Below are positions 1-13,230 of a DNA stretch of 64,000 bases, one piece after another (positions within the stretch are counted from its first letter, which is position 1; the number at the start of each line of letters is the position of its first letter). The DNA comes from Paraphysomonas bandaiensis (Eukaryota > Protista > Chrysophyceae), in contig CBFFRP010000414.1 of the NCBI GenBank assembly GCA_965644295.1, forward strand, positions 1-64,000. Reading direction: 5' to 3'. Under the pieces are notes generated by a model. It saw only the letters and a program-made list of their open reading frames with translations. It had not been told where the DNA came from and searched no databases. The translations under genes and the position numbers were made by a program.

Positions 1-339
1 ACAACGAAGAACACAATTCATGTTCAATATTTCAAATCGTACTGTCTGTCTCTGCCAAGCTACTCACCAAATAGTAAACTCCAAACTGCTTAAATTGATG
101 CTGTCATCTGTCATTCTCATACAAACATGTTTTTCTTGTAATCTGTAAGAGCAAGCCAGTCTAAACAGTGAATAAAAGTAAGATGCCAGTAGAATGATCG
201 CCATATCTACCCAAACTATTACACTAAACTATCACTGTACAGTATACGGTCCAAACTATTCGGCCATCATCTCTTTCATATTTATTACGTACAATATGCA
301 TGTGAACAGACGACGAAACAGTTTGTTCTTCTTACTTTG

Positions 340-584
340 ACAGTATACTTCAGTGGGCTCACAGGTCATCGATGATGGACTGTCCGATTATAAGAATGAA
401 GACGACAGTGACGAAGAGTTGGAACACTTAGAGTACTAGTTATTGGGTTTTCATATTATATTGTAACCTCTACTAACTAGATACTACCGATCGAGCCCTT
501 TTTTCTTCTTAGCGCCCAATATATATCATTATTGGTCTTGAAAATATTATTATATATTTCTGCTTTCAATATATACTGGCCCTG
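340..584 (+). mobile_element. 3' end fragment of a hAT-like DNA transposon (same family as 17019-17590)
   Basis: 361-584 aligns by eye to the reverse complement of ~17020-17295 (acaggtcatcgatgatggactgtc..gaagagttggaac..gcgcccaatatatatc..tactggccctg). It ends in a CAGGG-type terminus (ccctg at 580-584). Confidence 0.7.
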
Positions 585-1114
585 TCACTAATCATATCCA
601 TCGCTGGAAGCTGTTGCGTTTAAGACATACTACTTTTATATGGTTCAGCGAAAAACAGTCTCGTACAAGGCTCACTTATTAACACCTGTTGATATAGATA
701 ATGTGGTTGTTGTAGAGTCAACACATGTATTTTCTTTATAATTTCATTGCAATAAATACAGCCTAAATAGGTACCTTTTAACAACATATTACATCAAAAA
801 AAATTTATTATGAAGGGCAGAGTGACAAGCACTAATTGTATATACCATTCCTGAAAACAATCACATTGTAATCAGCACAAATTCTCTAGCGTGGACACTG
901 CATGATGTGGTATTAATCACACTATACGACCATGGATACAGTATCCATACAAAATACAATTACTCAAAAAATAACACACACTTTACACACACACTCTCTA
1001 CAACCTCATGCAGACCCTAAAATACATGCCAATCATGCCCACATTACAAAACGTCTGTTCTAAACGGCGCATATAAATCATTCTCAGTATCTGGGTGAAA
1101 CCATGAGCCTGCCG

Positions 1115-4100
1115 CTAATCTTCACGACGGATATTAAATTCTTGAAGAGTCGTGTCATCATGCGAAGAGTGACACCCTTGAATCTTGCTGTCAGCAAGAG
1201 ATATATCTTTTGTTTTCTGTCGTTGAAATATTTGAGTCGAAAGCTCACTGGCCTTAAGAGCATCTTCAACATATTTTGCTCCACATGTTCGCAAATACAG
1301 CGCCCTTTCCTTGTAAAAATACGCCATTCCAAATTCGCACTCCTTGTAAGGTGTAAGTTGTGTAAGCTTGTATGGCAAATCTAGAATAGAAAATTCAGGG
1401 AATACGCGATGTTTCATAACCATCAAAGTCGAATGAAAGAGGTGTAAAACGGGTTGACAAGTAACAGCTTTTCTAAACGCCGCTAAAACCAACTCCACAA
1501 CAGGTTTTAAGTTGTTTAGCATTCGGCGGGCAAGTGATGGGCCAACAATCTTGGGTGTTGCGTCAGAAACCCATGCCTGACTGGGAAGTGGTGGTTTATA
1601 GGGAAGTTGTGTTTGTGGTGTACCCGCCTCTAATACACCTAATGCGCAGTCAATGATACTAAGTGCCGAGTATCCCGCTAAAAAGAGAAACACACCACTG
1701 CAAGGAGAGGTGATAGTCTTCTCGGATAGTCGAATACATGCATATCGACAATAAGCCATTGCCTCAATGTATTCCTTTTTCTGTACCAAGACGAACGCTA
1801 TGAGTGAGCTTGCAGTAGCAGTGGTGAAGTCCTTCTTATATAAACTTTTCAATTTTTCCCATATAACATGTGCCTCGTTGAAGTCCCCAGTGAATGTTTT
1901 ACACACAACTTGCAACTCAAGCGACCATTTGCGAATAGCAAAATGGGAATCATTGAGAGGGAAGAACTGCAAAACTTCTTCACATCGATGATATGCAGTG
2001 CATGCATCTCCTTGAAGAAGAATGAACCAAGCGTGCATTACTTGCACAGCATACATCATTACGGAAGGCTCTCTCTCAAAAAAATCATATGCTCGCTTTA
2101 TGCTCACCAGACCATCCCCAATATTTCCAGAGCTAATGTCCATGTTTGCCCTACACATGTAAAACATGCCCATGCACTCATCGTTTTGTGAATACGCCGG
2201 CGTAAGAGATTCTAATTCGTCCATAAGTAGTTCTGCTTTTCGAAGTTCCCCATTCATCATTGTCAATCCTGCCATCAGCGTCCGCACAATATATATACTT
2301 GACGGCACACTCGATACATGGCCTCCGAAACGAAGTGCAAGTCGAAGGCAGGCATCAGCTGGGGCAGTTTGACCTCGCAAGATAAAGGTTTGCCCTGCAA
2401 CTGCACATGCACCTATTAGTTCCAATATGGTATTCGAGTCAGCCGATTTTGGCAGTGGCGTTTTATTCGACAGCCAGATCCGTGAGCGATATGCAATCGA
2501 TTTGACATCGCCAAAGGGATCTATCAACACAGGTGCTACTCCGAATCTCTTAAACGCCAACATCGCAAAATTGTTGGCCATTTTATAATTACCCATCCTG
2601 TGTACAAAGAAGTGAGAATCAATAATCTAAGAAATTATAGCATCCACATGGCACAAAAGGCAAACCCGAACCTGTAGTGTACTTCTGCGAGCTGTGCAAT
2701 CCACATTGTAACTGTATCAATATCTATCGGGTGGGAACGATCTTTTCGATAGCTCACACATGCAGCTTTACGGTGCATGATACCCGTGCGACTACTCCTA
2801 CGGAAGTCACTACCTCCGCTATTCCGCCTTTCACGCCGATCAGGAGACCCTGCCGCATCACCTTCGCCTCCCTTACTCCCTCTGCGCTTCTGACGAATCT
2901 CAATGGAAGATACTGGAGAGTCATGGGTAGATCGACTCCATCCGCGCTCTGGGGTATATGGAGTGTGATTGGGAAATTGTGAGGCGTGATCCACGAAAGG
3001 TTCATCAGCAGCTATTATATTCAAATTTAACTCCAATATATCTATATTTCTACGGAAATCTTGCACAGTGAGCCATTTGGCGTGCACAGAAGATGGCAGT
3101 CGTACACCCTTTCGATTAGCAATAAAAAGAGCTTTCGCATTATCCGAAGTTCTTACTTCTACGTGACTTGGAGATGTGTTGCGCAATCTTCCAGCACAGT
3201 GTTCCAGTAGCGCATTAGCGTCCATTCCAGTGGCTATGATTAATAGCTTGTTGATGCAGTCGTCTACCGCTATAGGATCATTAACTACAACAGCACGATT
3301 CACTGACTCTTCAAGATAAGATATCTTTTTCCTAACATTGTTTGACGCTAGATAATGCTTAGCAATTTGTGAAAAATGAAAGTCAGGATATCTTCCAAAA
3401 CGCTGTTCAAGTATGCGACCAACAACGCAGTGTGTCGTTTCTTTCTGAGTGATTAGCATAAGGTTATATATACTCTCTTGGATAGTTTTCGCGTTGAACT
3501 TATACGTTTCGACAGTTTCACCTTTATCGCTCTCTAGGTGATTATCGCCCTGAGTTGTATTATGTTCTAGCATTCTATCATCACAAAACGTGATTAACGA
3601 TGACGCCACCAACTTTCGAAGTGTCATATCCACTCCCCTCGCTACACTGTGCATGTCTGGCCCCATCTCCATCAACACAGCTTTCAAAAATTCACTCGTG
3701 AATACCTCACCAATAACAGAAGCAACTTTCAAAACCATTTGCTCGGCGGAGTTTAACTTATCAAAGCGATTTACTATAATATTATGTTCTCCTGACGGCA
3801 GGTGCTCAATTCCTCTGAATCTGCCACTCACAAGCGCATCTCTTAGAGTTAATATCAGTGCTGCAGTGAGATAAGGAGCACCGCCTGTGCGCATTATAAT
3901 TTGAGACAAACTATCCGTTTTTAATATTTCCGGATATGCTTTAAGGAATCTACTACTGATCGTGTCCTCTATCATGTGCTGTATTTCACATAGCGAGAGT
4001 GGTTGCAATACGCAAGGTGTGCAGAGCTGAACGATCTGTGTGATAAATCGGCTCATGCCACCTGTCATATTGCAAGGAAAATTAGCACCATTCCTACACA

Positions 4101-7100
4101 CCGCTAACTCCGAGTCATTGGCTCTCAAAGGGCGTTCAGAATTTCGCAATGTGGCAACAAAAAATCCTGTTTTAGCAGAAACCAAAAGCTTCAGCAATAT
4201 TTCCATTGTTGGGCCGTCACACCAGTGCAAACTCTCAATAAAGAGCAGCACTCCACTCTTCAGTATGCCTATCTCAAGAATTTTTAAAAGAAGACCACGG
4301 CACAGTTTCACGCGCACCCAATGATTCACAGACATAATGAGGTCGGTGTGATCACATTCGATTGGCAAGATTATTTCCAGCAACGGCACTAAATCGGAAA
4401 TATATGTGTCCATTGTAATTATGTCAATTCTAATATTTTCTGAATCTTCATCACAATAGGCATTGTCATCTTTTTTGACAAGCACACTTATCAAGTCTTG
4501 GCCAATATCTAAGTCGCGAACTCGGACATTACGTGCGTGTGTATTCATCCACATGTATATTGCATCAGTATATGCTTTTCCGTCATCATTCACTCCAACT
4601 GCACTAACTGCACTGCGTGACGTTGTCAATAACTTTCGAGCTTTTTCAGACGTATACGACCGCAATGTAGTAAAGCCGGTGCGAGATTCTGTGGACATGC
4701 TGTTGTTGACAAGAGTCGCAGTATTCGACTGCTCCATAAATATTTTATCAAAAATTCGACGTAAGCAGTAGTACTTGGAGTTAGCATCTGGTGACGAGGC
4801 TGCAATGCTTATAATTTTACATGCCGAATATTTGTCTCGTGCGTACGCATGTAGTTTAGACAAGAGCCACTTTTTTCCGACCCCAGCTGCGCCTGTGATA
4901 ACATAGAAATGACTACCACCATCAACTATAAATGAATCGAGAGCTTGCTTTAATACTGCTTGTTCACTTTCTCGTGTGATAAATTTCAAAACATCTTGAC
5001 CATCGCGGGCATCCTTCGCCAAATGTATACTGTTTGAGTTCATACGATGTGTCGGTGCATACGCAGGGACTGGTCTGGTATAGCCCTTTGCTTTAACACG
5101 AGGTAAAATTTTGAACTCAAACCTATTTTTCGTATCTTGATATATTTCCCCACTCACTATAATGTCGTTACACGGAGCTTGTCCCATAAACCGAGCAGCG
5201 AGATTCACGCTGGATCCCATCATCGCATATTCACATCTCTCTCCATAACCTACCAGGCCACAATACACACTGCCCTGTGTGATTCCAACTCTACAGTTGA
5301 TGCCATTTTCGTTCAGATTGTATCGAATACGTACTGCTGTCTCAATAGCCCGGACACAATTATCGGGGTGAGATGAACCAGGAAGTCCAAATGCAGCAAT
5401 AACTACGCACCCCTTATCATCTACAACATATTGTCTCAATGAACCACCGTACTTTCGCAGACACCTCAGAACAACCTCAGCCACATGTTGTGGCCGTCCC
5501 AGTTGGCCATTCAAGAAATCCTCCTCTAAACCGAGAATCTGAATAAATAGAGTTACAACCACTCGCAATTCTGCCAGATATGACACGCTGTTGTGTTCAA
5601 CAGCGCTACGTGCGGCTTCATGTACAAACAGTCGAATTCGACTAGCTTTCTCTTCAGCTGAAACTGGGGCTGGGCTCTCTTCCAAATCCACTAATTGTCC
5701 GTCTTCCTCAGTACCAGACGCTGCAGTCATTTCAGTCATGGGAGACTTGTGCTGTGACGACGAGGACTTCGAACACGAAGAAATTATCGAACAAGGTGGC
5801 GTGCTCAAAAAGGCTATGACTTCAGCAACATGAGGATCATCTTCAATTTGTAATCCTGCCCGCAAAAGTTTGATGCGATCAAGAGAACGTCGGCACAATC
5901 GGTTGCTTTGAGATGAGTAGTCTTGAATTTCGTCCCCGTTTTCTTCTCCATCGCGGCTATTCACATAGTCACTTGATAAAATTGATGCCCGCACGGAAGC
6001 GGCGATTGCACCCACATGCGTAGCGGCTGCATGAATAGAAGCACGCGCCGCCATGCTAGGACGACGGAAAGGTTTCCTTCCAGAGTCGTTTTCACTCCAA
6101 GATCGTTCGCGTTGCAAAACTGGAGAATTGCCCACATCAGCCAAAGAAGCCTCTGGATTAGTTCGCACACTTGACTCGCCTTCATCCTGATAGGAACCTC
6201 CCCCGTCATCGCAGCCGCGGCGCATGGCAAAAAGTGAATATCGCTTGCGATTGCGACTATCATTGTGTTTATGTTTTTTGTATGTAGATGGAGAAGAAGT
6301 GGTCGAATCATGCGAGCCCACTCCATTTTGTAGAGGTGCTACAGAGGCATCCTCACCGATTCTAGGAAATAGAAGATGCCGACGTGGTGTTCCGTTACAT
6401 CGCCATTTTTTTCCGACAGAATTCGATGGTGAATGATCATCGCTACTTGCAGATCCTTTCGATTCTTCCGTAACACGATCGTGCGAATCAGTACTGCGTG
6501 CGTTAGCAAAAATATTGAACCTATTCTGATTTCCGCGCCGTAAAGAGTTTGTGTGTATGTCGCTGTTCAATGGACTACTTCGAAACGCTTCGCTATCATT
6601 GCTATCAGAATGTAAGTTATAGTCATCTAAACGTTTAGGAGCGAAAAACGAGAAACGCTTCTTTGCAGTTGGAGTATTCCCATATTCAGCATCGCTGCTA
6701 CTTCCATGGCGTTCCACACCGGAGTTAACATCACCATGTTCCCCAGTCATACCATCATGCTTCAAGAATCCACTTAGTTTATAGCTTCCTTTAGGCATTT
6801 CTGATGCAATAAACTTGTCGGAAACCATCCCATATGCTTCCTTCGATATACAGACCTCCCCAACACCTGCCTCAACTTCCGCCTGGCCGACCTGACGCAG
6901 CGGATCCCCCGAAATGAGAAACTCCCACCTATCTGCATCACCAAGGCACATACAGTGCACAGTTCCACACCCAATACCACAATGAAGACGTAGGGAAACA
7001 GATGGGCGGTCATTACTCATTCGCTGATCATATTCACCACAAGCATTTAGGAGGTGTAGGGAGCAGAGACATGCCAGCTGGACTGCAGCAGACTTTACTG

Positions 7101-7599
7101 CAGTAGTGGCGTGTTGGTTTACAGGCCACAAAACGATTACGGCATCCCCGCAGAACTTGATCACATCTCCATGATTTTGATCAACGACCCCCAGAAGAAG
7201 AGAAAAGTATTGACTGCAATAAGATATTATGAATGAAATACAACAAGTTCCAGCGGGTCATACTTAATATGGTATTTTAATTCCTCAGCATTTAATCGTG
7301 CAGATAGTCGAGTGAAGCCAGATATATCAGCAAAGAGAATAGCACCATACACAGTTTGTACAATAGGCTCTAAATCTTCCTCATAACTACAACACATGTG
7401 AACATCGAGACAATAATTACAATATGAGATATACTCACTTTGAATTTGAAATCAGTTTATGCATAATTTTAGGGGAAAATATTTTATACTTATCGATATG
7501 ATCGGAGTACTTTAAGGGGCTTCCGGCCTCATCTGATGCCTCAATCTTCTTCACCAGACTTCTTCTGAATATTAATGCTGCTTTCGAGACTTGTAGCAT
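1115..7599 (-). CDS. Soluble adenylyl cyclase-like protein (ADCY10/sAC type): two class III cyclase domains, STAND-type NTPase region and helical/TPR-like C-terminus. Exons ~7599-7439, 7386-7264, 7213-2672, 2597-1115
   Basis: Spliced frame gives C1 motifs LFADISGFT, GDVIKFCGDA and LHCGIGCG; C2 motifs DDKGCV, GITQG and EYAMMGSSVNLAARFM; P-loop-like GAAGVGKK; and RFDKL..LKVASVIG. GT-AG introns at 7438-7387, 7263-7214 and 2671-2598 keep the frame. Confidence 0.88.
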
Positions 7600-9431
7600 A
7601 TGTCTTCACGGCTGATGATGTATGGTATGTATGCTTATGTATTGCAATTAATTCATATGCTAATTGTGTTATAGCAAAGTGGATTATATGAATCAGCCGA
7701 TAAGAGTGAGATGAAGCGCATTATTCCTTACACAACAATAGACTGACACTCTCTTAATCAATATGTACATGTATGTATGTATATATATGAGACTAACTGT
7801 GTATATAATCAATTAGCTTCAGTGCGTACATATACAGACGTATGTACACTATACAAGACGAAGTGACTTCATGTAAACTTCATTGAAAGAATTCCTCACT
7901 TCATTCTTGTACACAAATCTCTATATATAAGTATGGTACACAGCCATTGGGGATTAATTAGAAGCGATAAGGGATGATGTATTCCTAAACAGTATTACGA
8001 TATACGGAAATGAGTGTTGTAAAACGCTGTAGTATGTGGCTGGTAGTTTGCTATACTGTGTATACCGTCTGGTATATAGCCGTTACGGGGGAGAGTGTTC
8101 CCTTATCACGCGCACATACACTGTACAATGAGTGGACCGTACACGGAATGGGCATGGGCCAGTCAATGCACAGCTGTGATATGTACTGCTGTATTTTATG
8201 TACTGCTGCATTTAATATGTACTGCTGTACTCTGTGATAGTACTATCATCAGAGGTACAGATTGTTCTGACATATCTTGCTTCTTGTTCACAGCGCACAA
8301 GTGTGTTATTGTGAGAGTAAAAGTGCTCCATTACGTGGTCTAGCAATTCTGCTGTATTGAAAGGTGTCTGTCTGAAGCTGAGGTAAATAGGTCTCATCTC
8401 TACAGTGTAATCAGAGAGAGAGGACAAATTGTTTGTCCCATCTGTCTATTCAGTTGGATTTCTCATAGCTACGCAAGAAGTATGTATGCAATTCGCACAG
8501 ATTCTGGCAAGGACACTGTTACCCTCACATTCCTGACAAAGATTATATGGACTTCGTATCGCTACGTGAACCCATGCATGTATCTGCTTAGCCCCAGAAT
8601 ACGCGAGGTATGAACCACACCGCGAGTTTAATAAAGATCTATGCATTGCTCAGTTTAATCAACACTAGCATTACACTAGGTCGCGCCTTCAGGATGGGGG
8701 AGATATGCCCTCCCATCCGATACTCTCGTTGATGATAATATAGCTTCCCAACAAAACACAATATTTCATCACGTGATGGTGACTTCAACTGCTTTAGTTT
8801 GATAAAATGAGCGTTATTGCAGGTAGGCATATGCATGAAATTATAAGGTCCAGGAATCGAATGGGTCTCGGAGTGGGGCTTTTTGGAAAAAGTATTGGAA
8901 ATCGAAAACTAAAACTAAACATGTTTCATTCGGTGTTAGAATAAGGCAGTCTCTTTATGTAAACTCGAACAAATTTTTATTGCCACCATAAAATTAGTCG
9001 TCAAATATCGGGTACTTCATAAACATTAACTTACTGTATTTTTAAATGACTACAACTCGAAAATGCGCCTACAATGCTTCACCAATTAATAATCTCATAC
9101 TTCAGTTGTGGTTCGCAGGAATGAATAGAAAATAATGCGTGGAGAAGAAAAACGCATGTTGTGAGTTGGTTTTCACCAGTAGCTTGCTTCAAGTATTCAC
9201 TAGTAGCTTGCTTCAAAAACGATAAGTAGTGCCACAATCCAACCCTTCTAGGGATGTATCACCGCGAGCCCTATTTCGCCCAATGCCCAACAATACGTAT
9301 TACATATCCAAGGAGCTAAATTATCTCTAGATTTGAAGAGACATATATATTCACATTTTTACCCACCACGTTATCATATGTATATATTTGACAAGTCTAT
9401 TGAAAATATTTCGGCTCATACATCATAAATT

Positions 9432-10810
9432 TTATAGCCTTTTCTCATAAATATTTAATATCTCATCTAGTTGACCATAACATCTATTAAAACCCACCCA
9501 GGGTAAACCATCGATGTAATTCTGTGGAAACCCTATGCCAATTCCGTATATTCTTCCGTCAGGAATAATTTCACCAGTATTTTTGTCATACATATCTATA
9601 TCATCAGAAGATAAGTATTTTCCGTTAAAGCATATGTCTACATTGTCTATGCGCCGATACCCAACGGCATAAATTACTCGTTCAGAGAAGCGTTTAATAT
9701 GTTGTTCTAAGCTTGTGTCGTCTGTCAGTCTACAATAAAAGCAGTATTACTAATGCTTACAATCAATTTCAAATAAAGAATGTATCCAGTGCAATAAAAA
9801 AGTGGTAGAAACAAACCTTATCCTCTCAAGGTTCCTATATGAGGGCATTTTCTGCTTAACCCAATTTCCAACAGGGCCTTTCAATCCAGAACCTCGATTG
9901 CTGCACAATATCAAATTAAACTGATAAAGCAGTCCATATACAGATTACTAAATTACATGTATGTTCCATCAGGAAGTATCTCCTCAAAAATAAAGTTCGA
10001 ACGATAAAAATTAACGACCCGTGAGGCACCAGCTTCAAGAAGATTCTTAACCACGAGCATTGCACTGCAAAAGTAAAGCTATTAGTACTATTAGAATAGA
10101 ATGAAACCACGTACATATAAGTGAGAAAAATATATTACATATACATACCTATGACTGCTCCCAACCACAGCCCATGATTGTGATGCGTGTTTAGGATTCG
10201 TCATGTAGTCCTTCACATAAAGTGGATCGACAAATAAATCAAGATTCTGATGTGGCGAATTCGCTGGTATGTTGTATGGCAAAAGAGGTTTTGCTCCAAC
10301 CGCAAGAATCACCCCACTAACGTTTAACTCTTGGGTGAAGTTATCAGTTCGATATAGCAGCTTCCATGGCGAATCTGTGTACCCAGTGAGACCATGCACA
10401 CAGCCCGTTATAACAGTGCTATTTTCATGATTTCGTAATGAAAGACTCGCTGATTCCAATGCATCAACAAGATATTCCAGCTTACAACAATCTGTTTTGG
10501 GAAAGTCTTCTAAACACAAACGGTTCTGCTGTTTACAGTACTGAATATACGCTTTATATGAATATGATTGACATGTTTGCATTGCATGTATTAAGACACT
10601 ATTAGGGGTGTTAGCAGGGACATTCCTATAGTATAATCCCAATCTACCGATATCTGTATGACTGTTATCTATCCACGTAACGGTGTATCCTTTATCTAAT
10701 AGATAGCCTACACTCGCAATGCCACATGGACCTGCTCCAACAACCGCCCATGTGGATTGATACACTGTGTTGATTGAAGTGTTTATATTACGGAATGGTC
10801 GTGTGAACAT
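9432..10810 (-). CDS. FAD/NAD(P)-dependent oxidoreductase (pyridine nucleotide-disulphide oxidoreductase-like), ~4 exons
   Basis: AVVGAGPCG dinucleotide-binding motif, VILAVGAKP and a second AVVGSSH motif. Downstream exons contain GLKGPVG and VIYAVGY...GIGIGFP, with stop at 9432-9434. Confidence 0.75.
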
Positions 10811-11233
10811 TTCAGATTAATATGGACAGAAATACTGACCAAGGCAGGTCACATGCACGAGCATTGGAGCAGCTATTGCGATAGCGTATGTGCGTGTCCA
10901 CAGCAGCAGTATAGTGTACATGTCGATAAACTATACTGCGGTACATGTATATGTAAATACAGCAGTATATAGTGTACCCCAACACACAAGGACAGAGTGT
11001 ACGGCGGTACACCACTAGTTTATTGATGCAGTTTATTTTGGTACAGATACAGAAAATGGGGAAAAAACTATATATTTTTGGGCAAGCAACTGCAAATTTG
11101 GGGATGAAAATATAAATTGGTGTGATTTTACATACATACAGCAGTACCTCACCACACAAGCAAGAGCATAGCACACCTTCCCTATCAAGGATCACTCACT
11201 CATTAACCATCTACTCATATAAAGAGTGTTGCT

Positions 11234-12307
11234 ATGTATTATACTCTATATATTATAGGTGCCCTGTATATAATAAGGGCTCACAGTTTACTGCAATGGA
11301 CAGAAATGACTGATAAAGAAATCGATTATCATTATCTTCCAATTGATAGATGCATATTACGAACTAACAATACGAAGTATTGTATGGAGGCTCATAAGGA
11401 TGACTCGAATTTGAGGTGCTCTATATTCTCTGCTTGTCGTTTCCGATCATTTCCATATCAATTATACAGTCGACCAGAGAAATACCATACCGAACAACCC
11501 ATAATGGTCCCATTACTGCTACAATTGAATAACTCGAACAGAGCATTGGTACTGATGGGAGATTCAATGTCAAGAGCGATATATACTTCTCTCGAGTGTG
11601 CTCTAAAAGCAGAATTGCCTGAAACTGATATTTTGATTGAGAGAGTGAATGCTCTCGGGACATATCAGCGAAACATTAACTTCGTGGTGAACAACAAAGT
11701 GTACACCGTGCAGACTATGTCCATTAGTGCGGACGCATACGGTTATCGTTCAGGATTTCGTTTGAATCATGTTGAGAAAGTATTATCCAAGTTTTGGAAC
11801 CAAAATCTCTCTGTGGCACTTGTCGGAAACCATGGTCTCCACCTTAGAGAGAAGCAGCATCACTTGGAATTGATGCAGGAGCTGCTTGAGTGGGCACAAA
11901 GTGAGCGGTTTGGAGATATGCCAATGAAATCTAATGTGTTCATGTATCGTGAGACTTCTGCGCAGCATTTCCGTGAGCCCACGGGACTTTTCACTGATAG
12001 CAATGCTGCTCTAGGATGTTTTGCACGGAATATGAGTGATAGTGATGATGTACCTTTTACTGTATATAATGAGCGAAAGCAAATAGCTCTAGCGAATAAG
12101 CGATTCGACGAAGCCTTGACTAAAACGAGAATAGGTATTGTAGAGTTCTACGAGTTGTCAATTTTTTTTCACAGCCTGCACGTGGCATCGACCACTTGGA
12201 CAAGGGACTTTTATTCAAAACGTCCTCGTTTCGACTGCACACATTTTTGCGGATATATTCCATTGTTATATAATCCTGTATGGCTGCAAGTCTTCTCGCA
12301 TTTGTGA
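11234..12307 (+). CDS. SGNH/PC-esterase (TBL-like) acetyltransferase/esterase, intronless, N-terminal signal or anchor
   Basis: LVLMGDS near the N-terminus, NHGLH, YRETSAQHF and C-terminal DCTHFC (DxxH), the motif set of the TBL/PC-esterase family. Confidence 0.72.
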   Translation: MYYTLYIIGALYIIRAHSLLQWTEMTDKEIDYHYLPIDRCILRTNNTKYCMEAHKDDSNLRCSIFSACRFRSFPYQLYSRPEKYHTEQPIMVPLLLQLNNSNRALVLMGDSMSRAIYTSLECALKAELPETDILIERVNALGTYQRNINFVVNNKVYTVQTMSISADAYGYRSGFRLNHVEKVLSKFWNQNLSVALVGNHGLHLREKQHHLELMQELLEWAQSERFGDMPMKSNVFMYRETSAQHFREPTGLFTDSNAALGCFARNMSDSDDVPFTVYNERKQIALANKRFDEALTKTRIGIVEFYELSIFFHSLHVASTTWTRDFYSKRPRFDCTHFCGYIPLLYNPVWLQVFSHL

Positions 12308-13230
12308 CAGAGTGGCCCAGATGTCCTATACTCTATACTGGGTCCCACTACTACTCAAGATATATAAAATAGAATTTCAAGGTGCATGTTGAACAATGGA
12401 ATAGTGAGAATAACTGAAGTTTTGTATGGCAATGCAGTGAGTATATGACACTCTACGTGCTGGTACTTCCTATGTAGTAATCGTTTTGTGCTTTTGACAT
12501 ATTAACAATTAGAAAGAAGGGGTTGAACTTTGCCATACTGTCAATTAATTAAAAGTGTCGTAACCATTTCCCACCACTCATTGCAATCAACTATATATCG
12601 GCTGGCTTAACTGTCACCAATAAATAATTCGCAATCTTTGACATCCACGATAAACATTAAAGTACAGAAAAGAAAATCAAAATAAACATCCATTGTGGCC
12701 TTTTCTTGTTTTGTGCTTATAGGTAATATATCTAAGTATAGGTGCTCGGGCCATGTAGTCTGTTCTTCCAGTACATGCGAAGGCTTGTTCAGCTCAGCGA
12801 AACATATTATCTCAATGTTGCATCCTGCTAATATGATGCTATTTCTGAAAACTAATAAATAAATAGCTGAATTGATTGTTTTGATGGCTCCACAGTGTGT
12901 TGTGCTGTATGTATATAGGGATTTAGGCCATTAAAAATGGATTCAATGGATCCGATAGATATGCATATGTACTGCTGTACGGTGTACGTATGTACGTAAG
13001 TATGTATGTATGTAAGTACAGGTATGAATCGTATGTAGAGCAGGCAGTAGTATATATAGATGAATGTATGGTGTGGTGGTGTGTGTGTATGTCGCATATA
13101 CAGGCAGAGTATACATACATATATACACACTCCGAGGGGACACATGGATGAGAAGGGAGAATTATACATGCATAGCCCCATAACATAACCCCATCCCTCT
13201 ACAGACACTCTCTGCCCCATCTACCCCTTA

